A stretch of DNA of 64,000 bases from Antedon mediterranea (GCF_964355755.1 NC_092679.1:1518201-1582200); one strand, 5' to 3'. Shown: positions 1 through 13,232, numbered from the stretch's first letter. Translations and numbers: made by a program. The notes: generated by a model from the sequence alone, not told the origin.

Positions 1-13
1 TTCTTTTTCTTAC

Positions 14-3000
14 ATTTGTTCGTGTTAGTATTCCTAGGAAAATGGGTGCAATAAATCCCGCACAGCTTCCAAGTGAAATCATAATTCCAATCACTATTCC
101 TGAATGAAGAGGTGCAATATCCATAACGTTAGAATTAATGCCAGAAAATTTAAATCCATAAAGACCAAACGCAGAGACCATGAGAATCACTGATAGCGTT
201 TGACTGTTCTGAATGTACCCCAGTGCTATGATGAGGACAGATGAAAGACCAAAGCCTGAAGAAGAGATAATCATTTAAGCTCTGTCTACACTATCAAACT
301 TTATGTGACAAAAAATGTGATGTGCTCATATATGGACATGATGATATCATATCACTACCAAATTTGGGCATATAACTACCATATTTGGGCACATTTTTGT
401 GTCAAACAAGTTTGATAGTGTAGACAGATTCCACCGTAAAAAGTGTGACAGAAATTAAGGGGGAGGGAGTTGGGCTGTCGGTATAAGTTTATTACTTCGA
501 TACTGTGTGTGACCGAGATGACGTGGGTCTTCTTTTTTTAAACACAAGTATCTATTGTAATCTTTTATTTTAACGAGAGTAAACCCTTACTTTTACTCAT
601 TGATAAATATGAACAATAATACCGTAACACTACCTTTCTATGAACTCACCAAAAACATTAACTAATCTCCGAGTTCCAATTACACTTAGTTTTTGGCGCG
701 AAATCAAATAGTCTGCGAGCAATCCACCGATAACGCTCATACAAAACATAGAGACGTACGTGAGGAGCAATGTTTAGTATTCCAGACTGTATAGAAAAAA
801 TAATATTAATAATACAAATATAATAATAATGCAAATAATATAATCGCACTCTTACCTGCTGCCGAAACTTACCATTTTCATATCGAATTTTAATATTGTT
901 TTAAAAAACATCGGTATATCTATAAGCAGTAGAAAGTATCCAAAATCGAAAGAGAACTGTGCAAGACACAGAGATAAAACAGGCGCTGACCTAATCAATC
1001 TCTTCCAGGGAACAGCATATTTCACCTATAGTCATATGAAGAAATAAAAATCATAAACATGACATCAGGCACAGAACATTAATCCTTAACCACCCAGTGA
1101 TATATTGAAATTTAATTAATTGAGTTGACCATTGAGAGGAAGCAACGCAACCTGGACGTTATCTAAACCGACTTGTCAACTCACTTGCGTTGCGCGTACG
1201 TCATTGAGTTGCGCGCCGTTTTTCCGTTGCGTCCACGTTCATGCGCTGCGTCCATTTAATGGTGGTGGAATTACAGGTTGATTAAACGGGTTTATATGCT
1301 AACGAACTATTTAACACATTTACAGAACATCATTATGATCATCAACATGTGGTTGACTTTTTTCTATCATCTTTTCCAAACAATAGTTTACTTGTATTCA
1401 ACTCAAACACGGCGCCGTCATAATGTTTTAATAAATTCCAAACAGAATTAGACATTTTAAACCCATGTGGCAAATCGTATATTTGTTTGGTGGAATTAAT
1501 TACGGGTTAATTAAACAGGTTTATAATCAACATGTGGTTTACTTTTTCTAGCATCTTTCCAACAATGGTTTCAAACTCAAACACGGCGGCGTTATATATA
1601 GACACCGTTATAATGTTTTAATAAATTCCAAACAGAGGCCTAATTATTAGACATATTAAATCCATGTGGTAAATCGTATATTAAAAACCATCTAATAAAT
1701 TCAACAAAAAAATTGTTACAGTTGCATTTCGTGAATAATGCTTGGTTCCCACAAGAGACGCAACACAAGGACGTAACGTAACGTAAGTGAGTTGACCAAT
1801 CACAAGCGATGGATTATTCGAACTGTCGCTTGTCATTGGTCAACTGATTCCCCCTCTGGTTAAATCATTTGTACATACCGAAGGTTTCTGTCCCGATTGT
1901 ATGCCTATTTTCAATCCCAGGAAACACCATAAAAAACACCAAATAACACCACACGTCCCTGTAAAATAGACACATAGATATATTATTTGTGTTGACACTA
2001 GACGTACATATAGGCCTACGTACAAATTTAACTACACGTATTGGAATCTACGGGTGCCATATCCCGATTCTATTATTGATTTATTTATCTTTATTTACAT
2101 CTTTATACAAGATTACACAATCAAGTAAAAGAACCCTGTTGTGCATTGTGGTCCTGTCTTAAATCCCCAAAAAAATCAGGGAAAATGTTTATTTTGTTAG
2201 AAAAAAATGAGATCGATATCTAGCTTTGAATGAAGCAATTGTTGGGGAATATGTTTAATTTCAGTTGGTAGGTAAAGTCCATATTTTAGCGCCTGTAACT
2301 TTGAACGACGATCTTACTAAAATGGTATAGTAGGGTTGTTATATTTAGGCGTTCTACTCCACTTTTCAAGTGAGTATGAATATCGCCAATCAGCTCAATT
2401 TCGCTTAATAATCTCGTTGGAAAAACGCCGTGAACACATTATACATTAAGCTCTGTCTACACTATCAAAACTATCAAACTAGTTTGACAACAAAAACAGT
2501 GTGATGTAGCCAAATATAACATAACGTTTAATAGTGTAGACAGAGCTTTAGACAAGTTAGAGATATTTCTCTTCTCTCTTCAAAATTCTTGTTGCTCTAC
2601 TACTGTTTTTTTAAAGAATTTTTTATTGTTGTATCTTCTTGTTATTCAAACTTACCATATAAGTAAAACGTGGATGGCCAACCGCCGCCTAGGAACGAAT
2701 TCGATGAACACAACAAGACAGAGACATAACTGGATATAATTGGTCCAACACTCGAACCTAAGAATTGAAATAAGTTTTTCTTGTAGTCTACGTGATGCGT
2801 ATGGCAAATAGCATCACTTCGCTAAATACAGTGGGATTATATTTACTAATTCTCTTCGTTACGTGTTTAGAATCACTTACGTCCTTTCGTTGCGTCTAGA
2901 GGGAACCAAGCTTTATACAGGTGAGGTTCACGTCGTGGAATCCCCTTCACACTAAGAAACCAGAGCCATGTGTTTGAATATGGTTCTGGCTAAAACATAC

Positions 3001-6000
3001 CTGAACAAGCAATTACCAACATTGTAGTGCGTTCGTTTACTTCTGACAAATTTTTGATCATAACTAATAATGCTGGAATTGTAAAACCCTATAGAAGATA
3101 ACAGAAAACATTTTTTAATTTAAAGACTAGTAGCCTAATAAAAAGTTTACGATACTACACTACACAATACTTCCTAACAGTTTTACGGGTTTGTTACGAC
3201 ATTTTAAAAAAGAAATATTTCTTACAAAAATCGCCGCTCGACATTTTAAAATTAATCATTGTTCTTTTGATTAATTTATAAATAATTATTAAAAAGATGT
3301 CCTTTAATCGCAAGGATACATACAAATCACAGATAGTTCTTTAATTATGAATCACATGCCCATTTTTTCACTAGTTAATTGCATACACAGCATTTGAAAG
3401 AAGACATGTGTACCTTTCCAACAATGTATTATTTGTCAACAAATATTAATCTACTAATTCAAAAATGGCATTTAAAAATATTCAATATAGCCTGTTTTTG
3501 TGTGACCTCAACCTGAACTGTAGGCATGCAACTGAATACCCTCTAGAGACAACGTGACTTCACGTTCAACCGTGAGCCCTCATAGACTTTCTTTTCCCAG
3601 ACGTTTTTTGGGTCCAGCGGCTGGGACCTTAAATTATAGTCAAGTTTGCAAATTCGCAAAATTGTCGGCCTTAGTTACTAAAGCTACCGCTATGAAACAG
3701 TTTATTTTCCTCATGGGACAAAACTGGCTAGAGCCCCGGCGTGAAAACAATATTTTACAGAAATGGAATTAGGCAATCTCAATGTATACTCTACCTGTCC
3801 AATGCCATCAATAGTTCTGTTAAAAATTAAAAACCCAACGCCGATTTTTGCAACGGAAGGTGTTGCTAATGTGGCTATAGATGATAGGAGTATTCCAGTC
3901 ATAAAAACAAGATAACCACCGAACCGGCCAACTAGCCAACCTCCAATAAAAGGAGTCACTGTATAGCCATAGTAAAATGATCCTAAAATGGCTTGTTGTT
4001 TTGCCATGTTCCAGTGAAACACTTCCACATCCTGTAACATTAAATCAACATTGATTTATTTCTGTCTACACCATCAAACTAGTTTGACAAAAAAATGTGA
4101 TGTGCCCAAATCTGGTGGTGATATCCCAAATATGGTATTGATATGACATCATCGTGTCCATATATGAGCACATCACATTTTTTTTCACATAACGTTTCAT
4201 AGTGTAGAAAGAACTTTAGTAGCGCACCGCGCGAGTAATTTGACCAATCACGACGCGATGGATCAAATACTGTCGCTTCTGATTGGTCAAATCACGTCGG
4301 GAATTACGTACTTGCATATCATTGTACCTACCTACGTACGTCCATGGAACTATAATACTATATTATAGTTCCATGGTTCGTCGTTGCATTGCGTTCAAGT
4401 GGAGCCGAGTTTTAGTAGATTTAGTTTAAATCGAGTTTATCACTAAACAAATGGAAAAGTCACTGTACTGTGGTTTATAGTAAATTATAATCAAACAAGA
4501 TATACGTACCCTATCAACTACTGTTGAATTCGTATGATTTTGTGGATGGGCCACCATAGCTATGATCGCAACACTCCAGTTTACTCGCATAGCATAGATT
4601 AAAACATTTCCAACAAAACATAACAACGTAATTACATAGCGAATCTTCGGTTTGGGCGGAGTATCTAAAGAAAAAGAATATGAACATCATCAAATACGTC
4701 AGTCCTATAGCAGCAATGTACCGTAGCCTATGTTTGTATCATCTTCATAAGTTTTACAATTAACCTATTGATTATCACGCAACTAATCAGCTATAATTAT
4801 AGTATACAAAATGTTTATGAGTGTAATGGTACAGATAATGGCATGAGGTGAATCATGAAAGGTTATACAGTATATTTCAATGAGGAGGCGAAGCCATTAA
4901 TTTGTACCATTACACGAATATAAAACATTCATTATTTTTTTATAGGCCTATAACATCTAAATAGATTCCTGTCATTTCAATCAAATAAAATGTTGGGCCT
5001 AGGCCTACGTTTGATTCACATTGATTAAACAGTAACATTATATTATATATATATGGATTTTATAAACACACCTACTCTAGTGTTAATTATAGGCTTAAAC
5101 CAGGAAAGAGTTTCTTCCCTGCTTAAACCTAGGCCTAGTCGATAGCTAATATCTAAATAGCAGTAACTCAATAGCATATAGTTCAAACTAAATAGCAGTA
5201 ACTCAATAGCATATAGCTATATCTAAATAGCAGTAACTCAATAGCATATAGCTATATCTATAGCAGTAACTCAATAGCATATAGCTATATCTAAATAGCA
5301 GTAACTCAATAGCAAATAGCTATATCTAAATAGCAGTAACTCAATAGCATATAGCTATATCTAAATAGCAGTAACTCAATAGCATATAGCTATATCTAAA
5401 TAGCAGTAACTCAATAGCATATAGCTATATCTAAATAGCAGTAACTCAATAGCATATAGTTAACACTAAATAGCAGTAACTCAATAGCATATAGCTATAT
5501 CTAAATAGCAGTAACTCAAAAGCATATATCTATATCTAAATAGCAGTAACTCAATAGCATATAGCTATATCTAAATAGCAGTAACTCAATAGAATATAGC
5601 TATATCTAAATAGCAGTAACTCAATAGCATATAGCTATATCTAAATAGCAGTAACTCAAAAGCATATATCTATATCTAAATAGCAGTAACTCAATAGCAT
5701 ATAGCTATATCTAAATAGCAGTAACTCAATAGCATATAGCTATATCTAAATAGCAGTAACTCAAAAGCAAATAGCTATATCTAAATAGCAGTAACTCAAT
5801 AGCATATAGCTATATCTAAATAGCAGTAACTCAATAGCATATAGCTATATCTAAATAGCAGTAACTCAATAGCATACAGCTATATCTAAATAGCAGTAAC
5901 TCAATAGCATATAGCTATATCTAAATAGCAGTAACTCAATAGCATATAGCTATATCTAAATAGCAGTAACTCAATAGCATATAGCTATATCTAAATAGCA

Positions 6001-6502
6001 GTAACTCAATAGCATATAGCTATATCTAAATAGCAGTAACTCAATAGCATATAGCTATATCTAAATAGCAGTAACTCAATAGCATATAGCTATATCTAAA
6101 TAGCAGTAACTCAATAGCATATAGCTATATCTAAATAGCAGTAACTCAATAGCATATAGCTATATCTAAATAGCAGTAACTCAATAGCATATAGTTAACA
6201 CTAAATAGCAGTAACTCAATAGCATATAGCTATATCTAAATAGCAGTAACTCAATAGCATATAGCTATATCTAAATAGCAGTAACTCAATAGCATATAGC
6301 TATATCTAAATAGCAGTAACTCAATAGCAGCATATGTAGCTCAACTTTTGTATGCACTTTTAGGTTATATACACATTTTTGTGTTTTGCGGCTTAAACGC
6401 TTTTGATAACAAAGACCAATATTAATGCCAAATTCATTTTATTTTTTTACCTTTCCGTTGTAAAATCGGCTGTTTCTCAATCTGTTTCTCTGTCTGCTTC
6501 AT
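14..6502 (-). CDS. SLC17/sialin-like MFS anion transporter, 3'-partial; exon 650-786 frameshifted in this assembly (possible pseudogene or null allele)
   Basis: Exons 6451-6502 (ATG, MKQTEKQIEKQPILQRK), 4510-4664, 3795-4031, 3001-3088, 2656-2757, 1879-1958, 873-1025, 650-786, 14-255, all GT-AG. SLC17 motifs: RYVITLLCFVG..YAMRVNWSVAIIAMV, FHWN..QQAILGSFYYGY, FLGGGWPSTFYLYG, VPWKRL, NVMDIAPLHSG. Phases are consistent except exon 650-786, which is 4 nt too long. Confidence 0.9.
278..428. mobile_element. MITE family A copy (PIF/Harbinger/Tourist-like)
   Basis: TIR AGCTCTGTCTACACTATCAAAC ... GTTTGATAGTGTAGACAGA. The same ~150-bp element recurs about 15 times in the window. Confidence 0.8.
1253..1682. 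repeat. Diverged local tandem duplication (~200-230 bp units) in an SLC17 intron
   Basis: GGTGGAATTA...ATCAACATGTGG...ACTCAAACACGGCG...AATAAATTCCAAACAGA...CCATGTGG.AAATCGTATATT occurs twice, at ~1260-1485 and ~1488-1682. Confidence 0.8.
1740..1850. mobile_element. MITE family B fragment
   Basis: GCTTGGTTCCCAC..GACGCAAC.CAAGGACGTAACG..TTGACCAATCACAAGCGATGG, the same family as the complete copy at 56504-56682. Confidence 0.75.
2075..2430 (-). mobile_element. LINE (CR1/L2-like) 3' remnant
   Basis: The minus strand gives a degraded ORF2 C-terminus (RSSFKVTGAKIW..LPTEIKHI..ASFKAR, with frameshifts), then a 3' UTR ending in (AAAT)n. Confidence 0.55.
2449..2547. mobile_element. MITE family A copy (internally deleted)
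   Basis: AGCTCTGTCTACACTATCAAA ... ATAGTGTAGACAGAGCT with TTA on both sides. Confidence 0.8.
4061..4216. mobile_element. MITE family A copy
   Basis: TCTGTCTACAC..TCAAACTAGTTTGAC ... ATAGTGTAGA.AGA.CT, with the internal GTGATGTGCCCAAA motif. Confidence 0.75.
4343..4375. mobile_element. Micro-palindrome with CA..TG ends and 7-bp target duplication (P-element-like footprint)
   Basis: gtacgtc-CATGGAACTATAATA-CTA-TATTATAGTTCCATG-gttcgtc: 15-bp perfect arms, TSD matches at 6/7. Confidence 0.7.
5101..5121. mobile_element. Micro-palindrome with CA..TG ends and exact 7-bp target duplication
   Basis: cttaaac-CAGGAAAGAGTTTCTTCCCTG-cttaaac. Confidence 0.7.
5143..6329. repeat. 35-bp minisatellite, ~33 copies, in SLC17 intron 1
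   Basis: Unit ATATAGCTATATCTAAATAGCAGTAACTCAATAGC, highly homogeneous. Confidence 0.97.
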
Positions 6503-7200
6503 GGTCGGAAATCAAGACTATTTAAAACTGAATAATAGAGCTCTAATGTAATAGTGGCATCGACATTGGGCCGCATTACTCAAGCATTAAAACATCTGTA
6601 AAAACCTTACAGAAATTAAATTTAAAACATATGGGGTTTTTTTTGGAAGCAGAAAAGGGTAAACAAAATACGGTATAAATTTAGAAATACCGTATTTTAT
6701 CCACAAATTTCGTGGAGAGGTTGCTAATGCGACTAGAGTCGAGATGAAAGTAGTATTCCAGTCACATTTTTTGTCACATAAAGTTCGATATTGTAGACAA
6801 AGCTTAACGCAACGTAAGCGATGGATTATTCGAATAGTCACTTGTCATTGGTTAAATCGCTTGTGTTGCGTCAACGTCCTAAACATGGGAACCAGGTTTA
6901 ATACGATGTATAATTGTCCCCCTGAATAAATAATTATTAAACATTTTTTATTAAATGTGCCTTTTCAATGACACATAATAGAAATCCATTTTGACCAAAA
7001 ATTTGGATCGAAAAAACTGTAATTTAAAGCCAAAAATTGTCAAATTGGCTACCAGGCAGCCAATGGGGTTTTGGTTGAATTTAACCATTTATTTCGTTAT
7101 TTTATAAGTGAAAACATTATTTTTTCTGGTTTTTTTGTTATGGAAATGATTAACAAAAAACATATCAAATGTATATAAACTAATTTCATCTATTTTCTAG

Positions 7201-10200
7201 ATGGCGTATCTTCGTTTAAAGCAAGTGAAACAAGTAGGCTGCCACCAACTATAGATCAACGGCTGTCCCTTGCTTCACCCCCTCAATTCATCATTCCTTT
7301 GCAACCTATGACACAGCGCGCACCGGTTGTCATAGATACACTGACGACAAGAAGTACCAGAGACCGCGCCCTCTCAGACAGTTCCAATTCTAGCCTTGGT
7401 GTTACACCCGTTCGAATAGCAAGTAAGTAAATTGTACTTTTGAAGCCCTATTTTGTCAAAATCAACGAAATTCAAAAAATGTGAAAGTAAACTAAAGCTG
7501 TCTACACTATAGATTTTATGTGACAACAAAAATGTGATATGGCCATATGGACATGATGTGTCATTATCACTACCATATTTGGGCACATCACACTTTTTTT
7601 GTCAAACTAGGTTGATAGTGTAGACAGAGCTTAACGAATAGAAACGAGGCGCGCTTTTCAAGAATTAAATGTAACAGGGAAAACTTTGAATATGCCGCCA
7701 TCTATCTACAGATGCAATGTATTTCATAAGTGTTGATATTAAAACCATTATATTTTATTATAGATGAAAGTACTTTGTTAACAGCGGCTGTCAGGAGCGA
7801 GGACGTTTCCAATGTTGGCACTGTGACTCGGATGAAACTGACGTCAACAGGTTGGTAATATTACACACATTAGTAATATAATATGATATTTCGTCCACTT
7901 TTTGTTTGCTTTATCTCCTATATTAACAGTGTAAATGGTAGGCTTGCTTTTTTCAATATGTTGGGGTTTTTAAATATAACTTTTTAAAACAATTTTTACA
8001 GATAATACTCGGCAACTTTACAGACAATCGACTATATGTGAATTTACAAACAGCATACCACTACCAGAGGTAAAGCTTGGTTACCAACACAACGCACCGC
8101 CGCAATTTGATCAATCACGATGATGCGTTAGATCATCTGATCTGTCTCTTGTGATTGGTCAACTCACTTGCGTTGCGCCTATACGTCATTGGGTTGAGTC
8201 CAAGTGGGAAATATTGAATACGCTTATAATATTAGGTAGAATTGAATCTATTATTGCATACGCTTGATTGAAAATGGCTTTTGGTTTTAAAGGGATATAT
8301 TCTAGGTTCTAGACGGCTTAATATTCGTAAAAAGAAATAACATTTTTGCACACATGGTTCTTCATACTTATATTTGAGCTCTTTTCGAAAATTAAAACGG
8401 TGGCTGGTGGCGCTACGTAAAAATAAGCAATACCTGAAGAAATAATTTTTCTCTACCAATAATTATTGCTAACTTGATGTGATTGATTGGAATACGACAG
8501 CCTAATGATATTGGAATATGATATTATACCAAACATTCATCGCAATAGTAATTCACATTAAACAAATAAAAGACAAAAGGCGAAGCACGTCATACGCGGG
8601 GCAATACACTTAAGTACATGTATCAATGTAGGTTGAAGATTTAAGAGTAATCTAAAGCAAACTTAATTATTACTTTGATTTTAAGCGGACTTGCAGCGTA
8701 CCAATGATGATGTCTCGCCGCCAGCAACTCTATCGTGTCCCGTCGGGAGTGACAGCATCATTTAGGGCTTTTGCTCCATCGATGGAAGACTTACGATTGA
8801 CAGAAGGTATACAAGTATATGCATACGGGGCGCAGTTCGGGACATTATGTATAAACATAATATGTCCGAATAGAATTACGTCACATGTATTATGTTGACA
8901 TAATATTATTAGCAATGTCCCGGACAGCGCCCCATATGATTACATGTTCACGTCTTAAAAATACGTCTATGAATAAGCGCTGTATAATGATTAAAAATGA
9001 TCGTTGGAATGGAACGATTGATTGATTAATTAATTATTGATTGATTAATTGATAATATCCCATGTCAAATCAGGAGACACACTTCAAATTATTATTGTAT
9101 CTTTGTAATTCACAAAGTATCGTACAGGCCTACACGTAGACAAATATATGACCAATACAGGTATTTCGCTATTTAGAAATAATGGGGTGGGGGGGGGGAT
9201 GGATGACAGAAAGAAAACTTTCTGTATAATAGGTCACATCACATTACTGTTGTCATATAGCATAATAACATAGTCTTCTCCTGCAGGTACATACCCCGAA
9301 CTATGTTTTGCAATAGATCACTTTCCTCAAGAAGAAAAACTTCGAATTGTTATTGACAAGGTATGCGGTTCAAATTAATATTTTAAGATAGAATCACAAC
9401 AGGTTGTGATGGTAAAAAGACCAACAAAGGCAATATAGTTAAAATACACGTGTAGAAGAGGCGATAGAAGTTCGCGTAACTAAAGGATGACGTCATTTAT
9501 ATTTGATAGGCAACAAGAATTCAAATGCCTGATAAACATAGGGAGCACTTTAAGCAGCCAATGGTATTCGTAAAAGGCAGTGTGTTGCCAGGGAAACAAA
9601 AGAAGTTTAAAACTAAGAATTCACCAATCAGCAACGTGAGTTTTGTTTTTCTATTATTGTTGTTTTTTTAAATGAATTTCCCACTGTACTGCAAATCTAT
9701 TAAATTAACAAAAATATATATTTAAAAAAACAACCGAAGTACTATACAAAATGAATACGGCACTAATTCTAATACATGTTAAACAGGAAATATTAATTAT
9801 TACATTTTTCCTAAATTTAGGCAATGACAGACGTGGATTGGCAGGAGGTGTTCGATTTGGAAGGAATTTCATTTTCGTCCGTGTGGCAGATCACCATCCT
9901 TCTGGAGGTGTACATCAGAGAGACATCCGGCAGAGGTAGATATCGTGTAGGTGTATGTGAGCTACCGTTAGAGAACATAGATCTGTCCACTAGACAGGCA
10001 TTTGTAATGACACTTGAGGAATCCACTCCTGAGGTAAAATCAATCATATTGATAGACTATATACTAATCCAATTAAAAAACAGAACCATTAATACTACCA
10101 TGTTCAAAAACCATATTATTATTGTAAAAATTACAACCAGTATTGTTCCAAACGTCCATGATGTTTATACCAACATAGCCTAGCATCCGACAGGTAAAGT

Positions 10201-11528
10201 AGCCTATTGATCTCCCTAAGTTACCAACATACATCGCTTCGTAAACTAAGAACAATCTCAGAGAAAATACCATAATCACACTCGATTTTACAGCTGTCAC
10301 TAGATAGAGTCTAACAGACAATTGCAATTTAGAAAGCTATACGACGATAATAATCAATATTAATAGCACCTTTTCCATTTCACAGCCCGAATTCGGTGAT
10401 CTTCATTTGTCTATAGTGTACCAACCAAACGCTCTTCGTGTTGTTATGTACATAGCAGAGGCTAGAGATTTACCAAAACCTACTGCAAGTGCAAGTAGTA
10501 AGTTGACTGATACCACTATATCAGGAGTCTAATAAATAACCTCATTGTTCTAGTTTGAAATAGTATTTTAAAAACGGAGAGAAGAAGATAATATAATAAG
10601 GGCTCTAGAACCTTATTAACACTCCTACTTGGACGCAAATCGATGCGCAACGCAAACGACGCGTCGTAAACGAAACGCAGGTGATTTGACCAATCATAAA
10701 CGACAGTTCGGATGACCCATTCAGACAACAAACAATGTATAGTGGTCTGTGCACCATTATTATAAAAACAAAGTTGACGTTGGTAAACTTTTAACATTAA
10801 CACATCAATAAATGCAATACCAAAATCCTACATTAAAACACCAGTATTTCTATTTGGTTATTCAACTAATCTAATCACAATAACTATACTTATTTTCTGT
10901 AGGTTATTTCGTGAAGATAGAATTGTTTCATTACCAAACGCGTTTAGAAAAGAAAAGAACGAAGATGGTAAAGATAAGTACAAGACCAAAGTGGGCTGAT
11001 CAACTGGTGTTTCTGGTACCACCGGGAAATGTGAACATGAATGATGTACGGTTTGTTGTGACCTTGATGAGCAAAGATATGATGAAGAATCACCATGCCA
11101 TAGCAAAGGTAATTTAGAATATTGTAAAGCCTTGTCTACACTATCAAACTAGTTCGTCGACAAACAAAGTGTGATGTGTCCAAATGGTAGTGATATGGCC
11201 AAATATGGAGTTTGATAGTGTAGACAAAGCTTAAGGTGTGGACCGAAATAATCTAAAAACAGGAGTAAGATACCTCTTGAGTTTTACTGTATAGGCTTAT
11301 ACTTTACTGTGTACACATTTTCAAATATCGTTTATCAAAAAAAATGTTTAGGACATTCTATGTGAATAATAATGTATAACTATGTTCAGTCTAATGTTAT
11401 ATTTTCAGGTGGAGCTTGGATGGGATACCTCGTGCGAAGAACTGGAGTACTGGACCGATGTCGTCAACAACCACAACCGACCGATAGCTCAATGGCTTAC
11501 CTTACAAAACCCAAACGATTACAGATAA
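7201..11528 (+). CDS. Synaptotagmin-like tandem C2 domain protein (SYT15/Tac2-N-like), 5'-partial
   Basis: Exons 7201-7422, 7764-7850, 8002-8069, 8686-8806, 9287-9360, 9510-9635, 9821-10033, 10386-10497, 10903-11108, 11409-11528 (TAA) are GT-AG and in phase. C2A: ELCFAIDHFPQEEKLRIVI..VFVKGSVLPGKQKKFKTK. C2B: GDLHLSIVYQP..EARDL..FVKIEL..KKRTK..YWTDVVNNHNRPIAQWLTL. Confidence 0.85.
7496..7631. mobile_element. MITE family A copy
   Basis: AGCTGTCTACACTAT ... GATAGTGTAGACAGAGCT with TAA flanks. Confidence 0.8.
8073..8212. mobile_element. MITE family B copy (degenerate)
   Basis: AAGCTTGGTT.. ..TGTGATTGGTCAACTCACTTGCGTTGCG.. AAGTGGGAA. Confidence 0.65.
11128..11231. mobile_element. MITE family A copy
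   Basis: AGCCTTGTCTACACTATCAAAC ... GTTTGATAGTGTAGACAAAGCT with TAA flanks. Confidence 0.8.
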
Positions 11529-12699
11529 ATGCTGTATTGTTTAAAAAACAAACAAAAAACAGAAAAATTCACATGAAAGTTTCACCTGGATAGTTCTAAC
11601 TGCGCAGCCGCAATTATTTAACCTATCACACACAACATGACTCTTTCACAGTATTGTTGTTTGCGCACCCACTGACGTGACGCGCAGCATATGGTGTGGG
11701 GAGGAACAACCGGCGAGCGTTTTGTGTATCGTTATTCAGTGTTCGTGTCAAAGTCAAACTTATGTGACAAACAATGTGATGTGACCATGGACATGATGAT
11801 GTCATATCACTACTACATTTGGGCATATCACATTTTGTCACACTAGTTTGATAGTGTAGACAGTTTTACGTACTTTTGTTATTTAACTATGCAATTTACT
11901 ATTATCTTTACTATAATGTATTGTACCCAAATTTGATATGTTCCTGCTAGCGACTTGTTGATTAGGAACTTGCTTTAAAGATGAATAATTTCATTTCCTA
12001 AAAATAAATTAATAAATGTACAGTATTATAAAATAATACAACAATTAATTAATTCATTCATTGGTTTATATTTACTTATACCAGACAGTACTTGACAATT
12101 CCGTCCAAACTTAAATGCAACTTTAAGGGAAAACTTAGTAACAGATTATTGTTCAAACAAAATTTGTATCTTAAATAAAACTTAATAAAATCTTGAAATT
12201 ACATCGACATTATACTTTATATTATAATAGAACATGACATAACAGTACAACTTAAAACATAATATGACACGCCACGTGTGCATAAATTAATTTATACAAT
12301 TACCATTAGGCCTAATAAATGTTCAAACACTGGTTTAAAAAAAAACAATTTTGTTTTCTGTTTTTTTTAACCCAAATTGTATTTATTAAACAGGCATCGT
12401 ACTATTTTACCATGGTAACCAGTTAAGTCAAACGAATTTACGAATCATAAACGTACTTACAATGTAAAATATTTCTAATTGATTCGAGGGGTTAGGAACG
12501 CCTACTCGAGATCACCATACTTCATTTTAATCAGCAGATCACGAATTCAATCTTTAATTGATGGAAACCTCTCGGATCCTTTCATTGTAATTAAAATCAG
12601 GGAAGAGTGACATTTCTTCCCTGTTTGTAATTGCTTGTATGCTGTAACATGTTATAATATTTAAAACAATATTTAGCAGCAATAAGGATTAACGTCGTA

Positions 12700-13232
12700 A
12701 ATGTATACGGACGACCGTTATTCAATCAGTACTAGTTATCTCTTTTATTAGTTCGGTAATTTAAATGAAACACACAAGAAAGGACTCATTAGAATTACTA
12801 AGATAGCATCAAATATAATTGGTTGTACGGTTAATGATTTAAAATAACTTTATGAAAAACAGGTCCTAAGTAAATTAAGTAAAATTTTAGAAGATAAGAA
12901 ACATCCATTACATATGAGATTTTATAAGAACAAGTCAGGCCGGTTACGGGCTCCTAGAGCTGATACGTCAAGAAACCGACTGTCTTTTGTACCAAATTCA
13001 ACTCATATTTTTAACTCAAAGATTGTTAGATCATAATAGCGCACATGCAATATATATTTTAAAGTTTTTACTGTTGAGGGATGTTTTAATTAATGTTTTT
13101 AAATTGTAAATCTGTTCTATGTATGATGTAATTATGAATGTTTTACCATATTTTTCTGTAAAGGAAAACAATTTTTCCATGTTCAATTTAGTATATATGG
13201 AACGAATAAAGATTTGATTTGATTTGATTTGA
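12700..13232 (+). mobile_element. LINE (Rex1/Babar-like) 3' remnant with (GATTT)n tail
   Basis: Degraded ORF2 C-terminus FGNLNETHKKGLIRITKIASNIIG..ILEDKKHPLH..KSGRLRAPRADTSRNRLSFVPNS, then AATAAA and a GATTTGATTT tail. Confidence 0.7.

Noticed and set aside
5143-6329. 35-bp repeat of CRISPR-like length
   Set aside because: It is head-to-tail with no spacers, so it is a minisatellite.
12598-12623. CAGGGAAGAG..TTCTTCCCTG palindrome as a confirmed footprint
   Set aside because: It has the same termini as the 5101 element, but the flanks show no 7-bp TSD. Noted only as a weak member.
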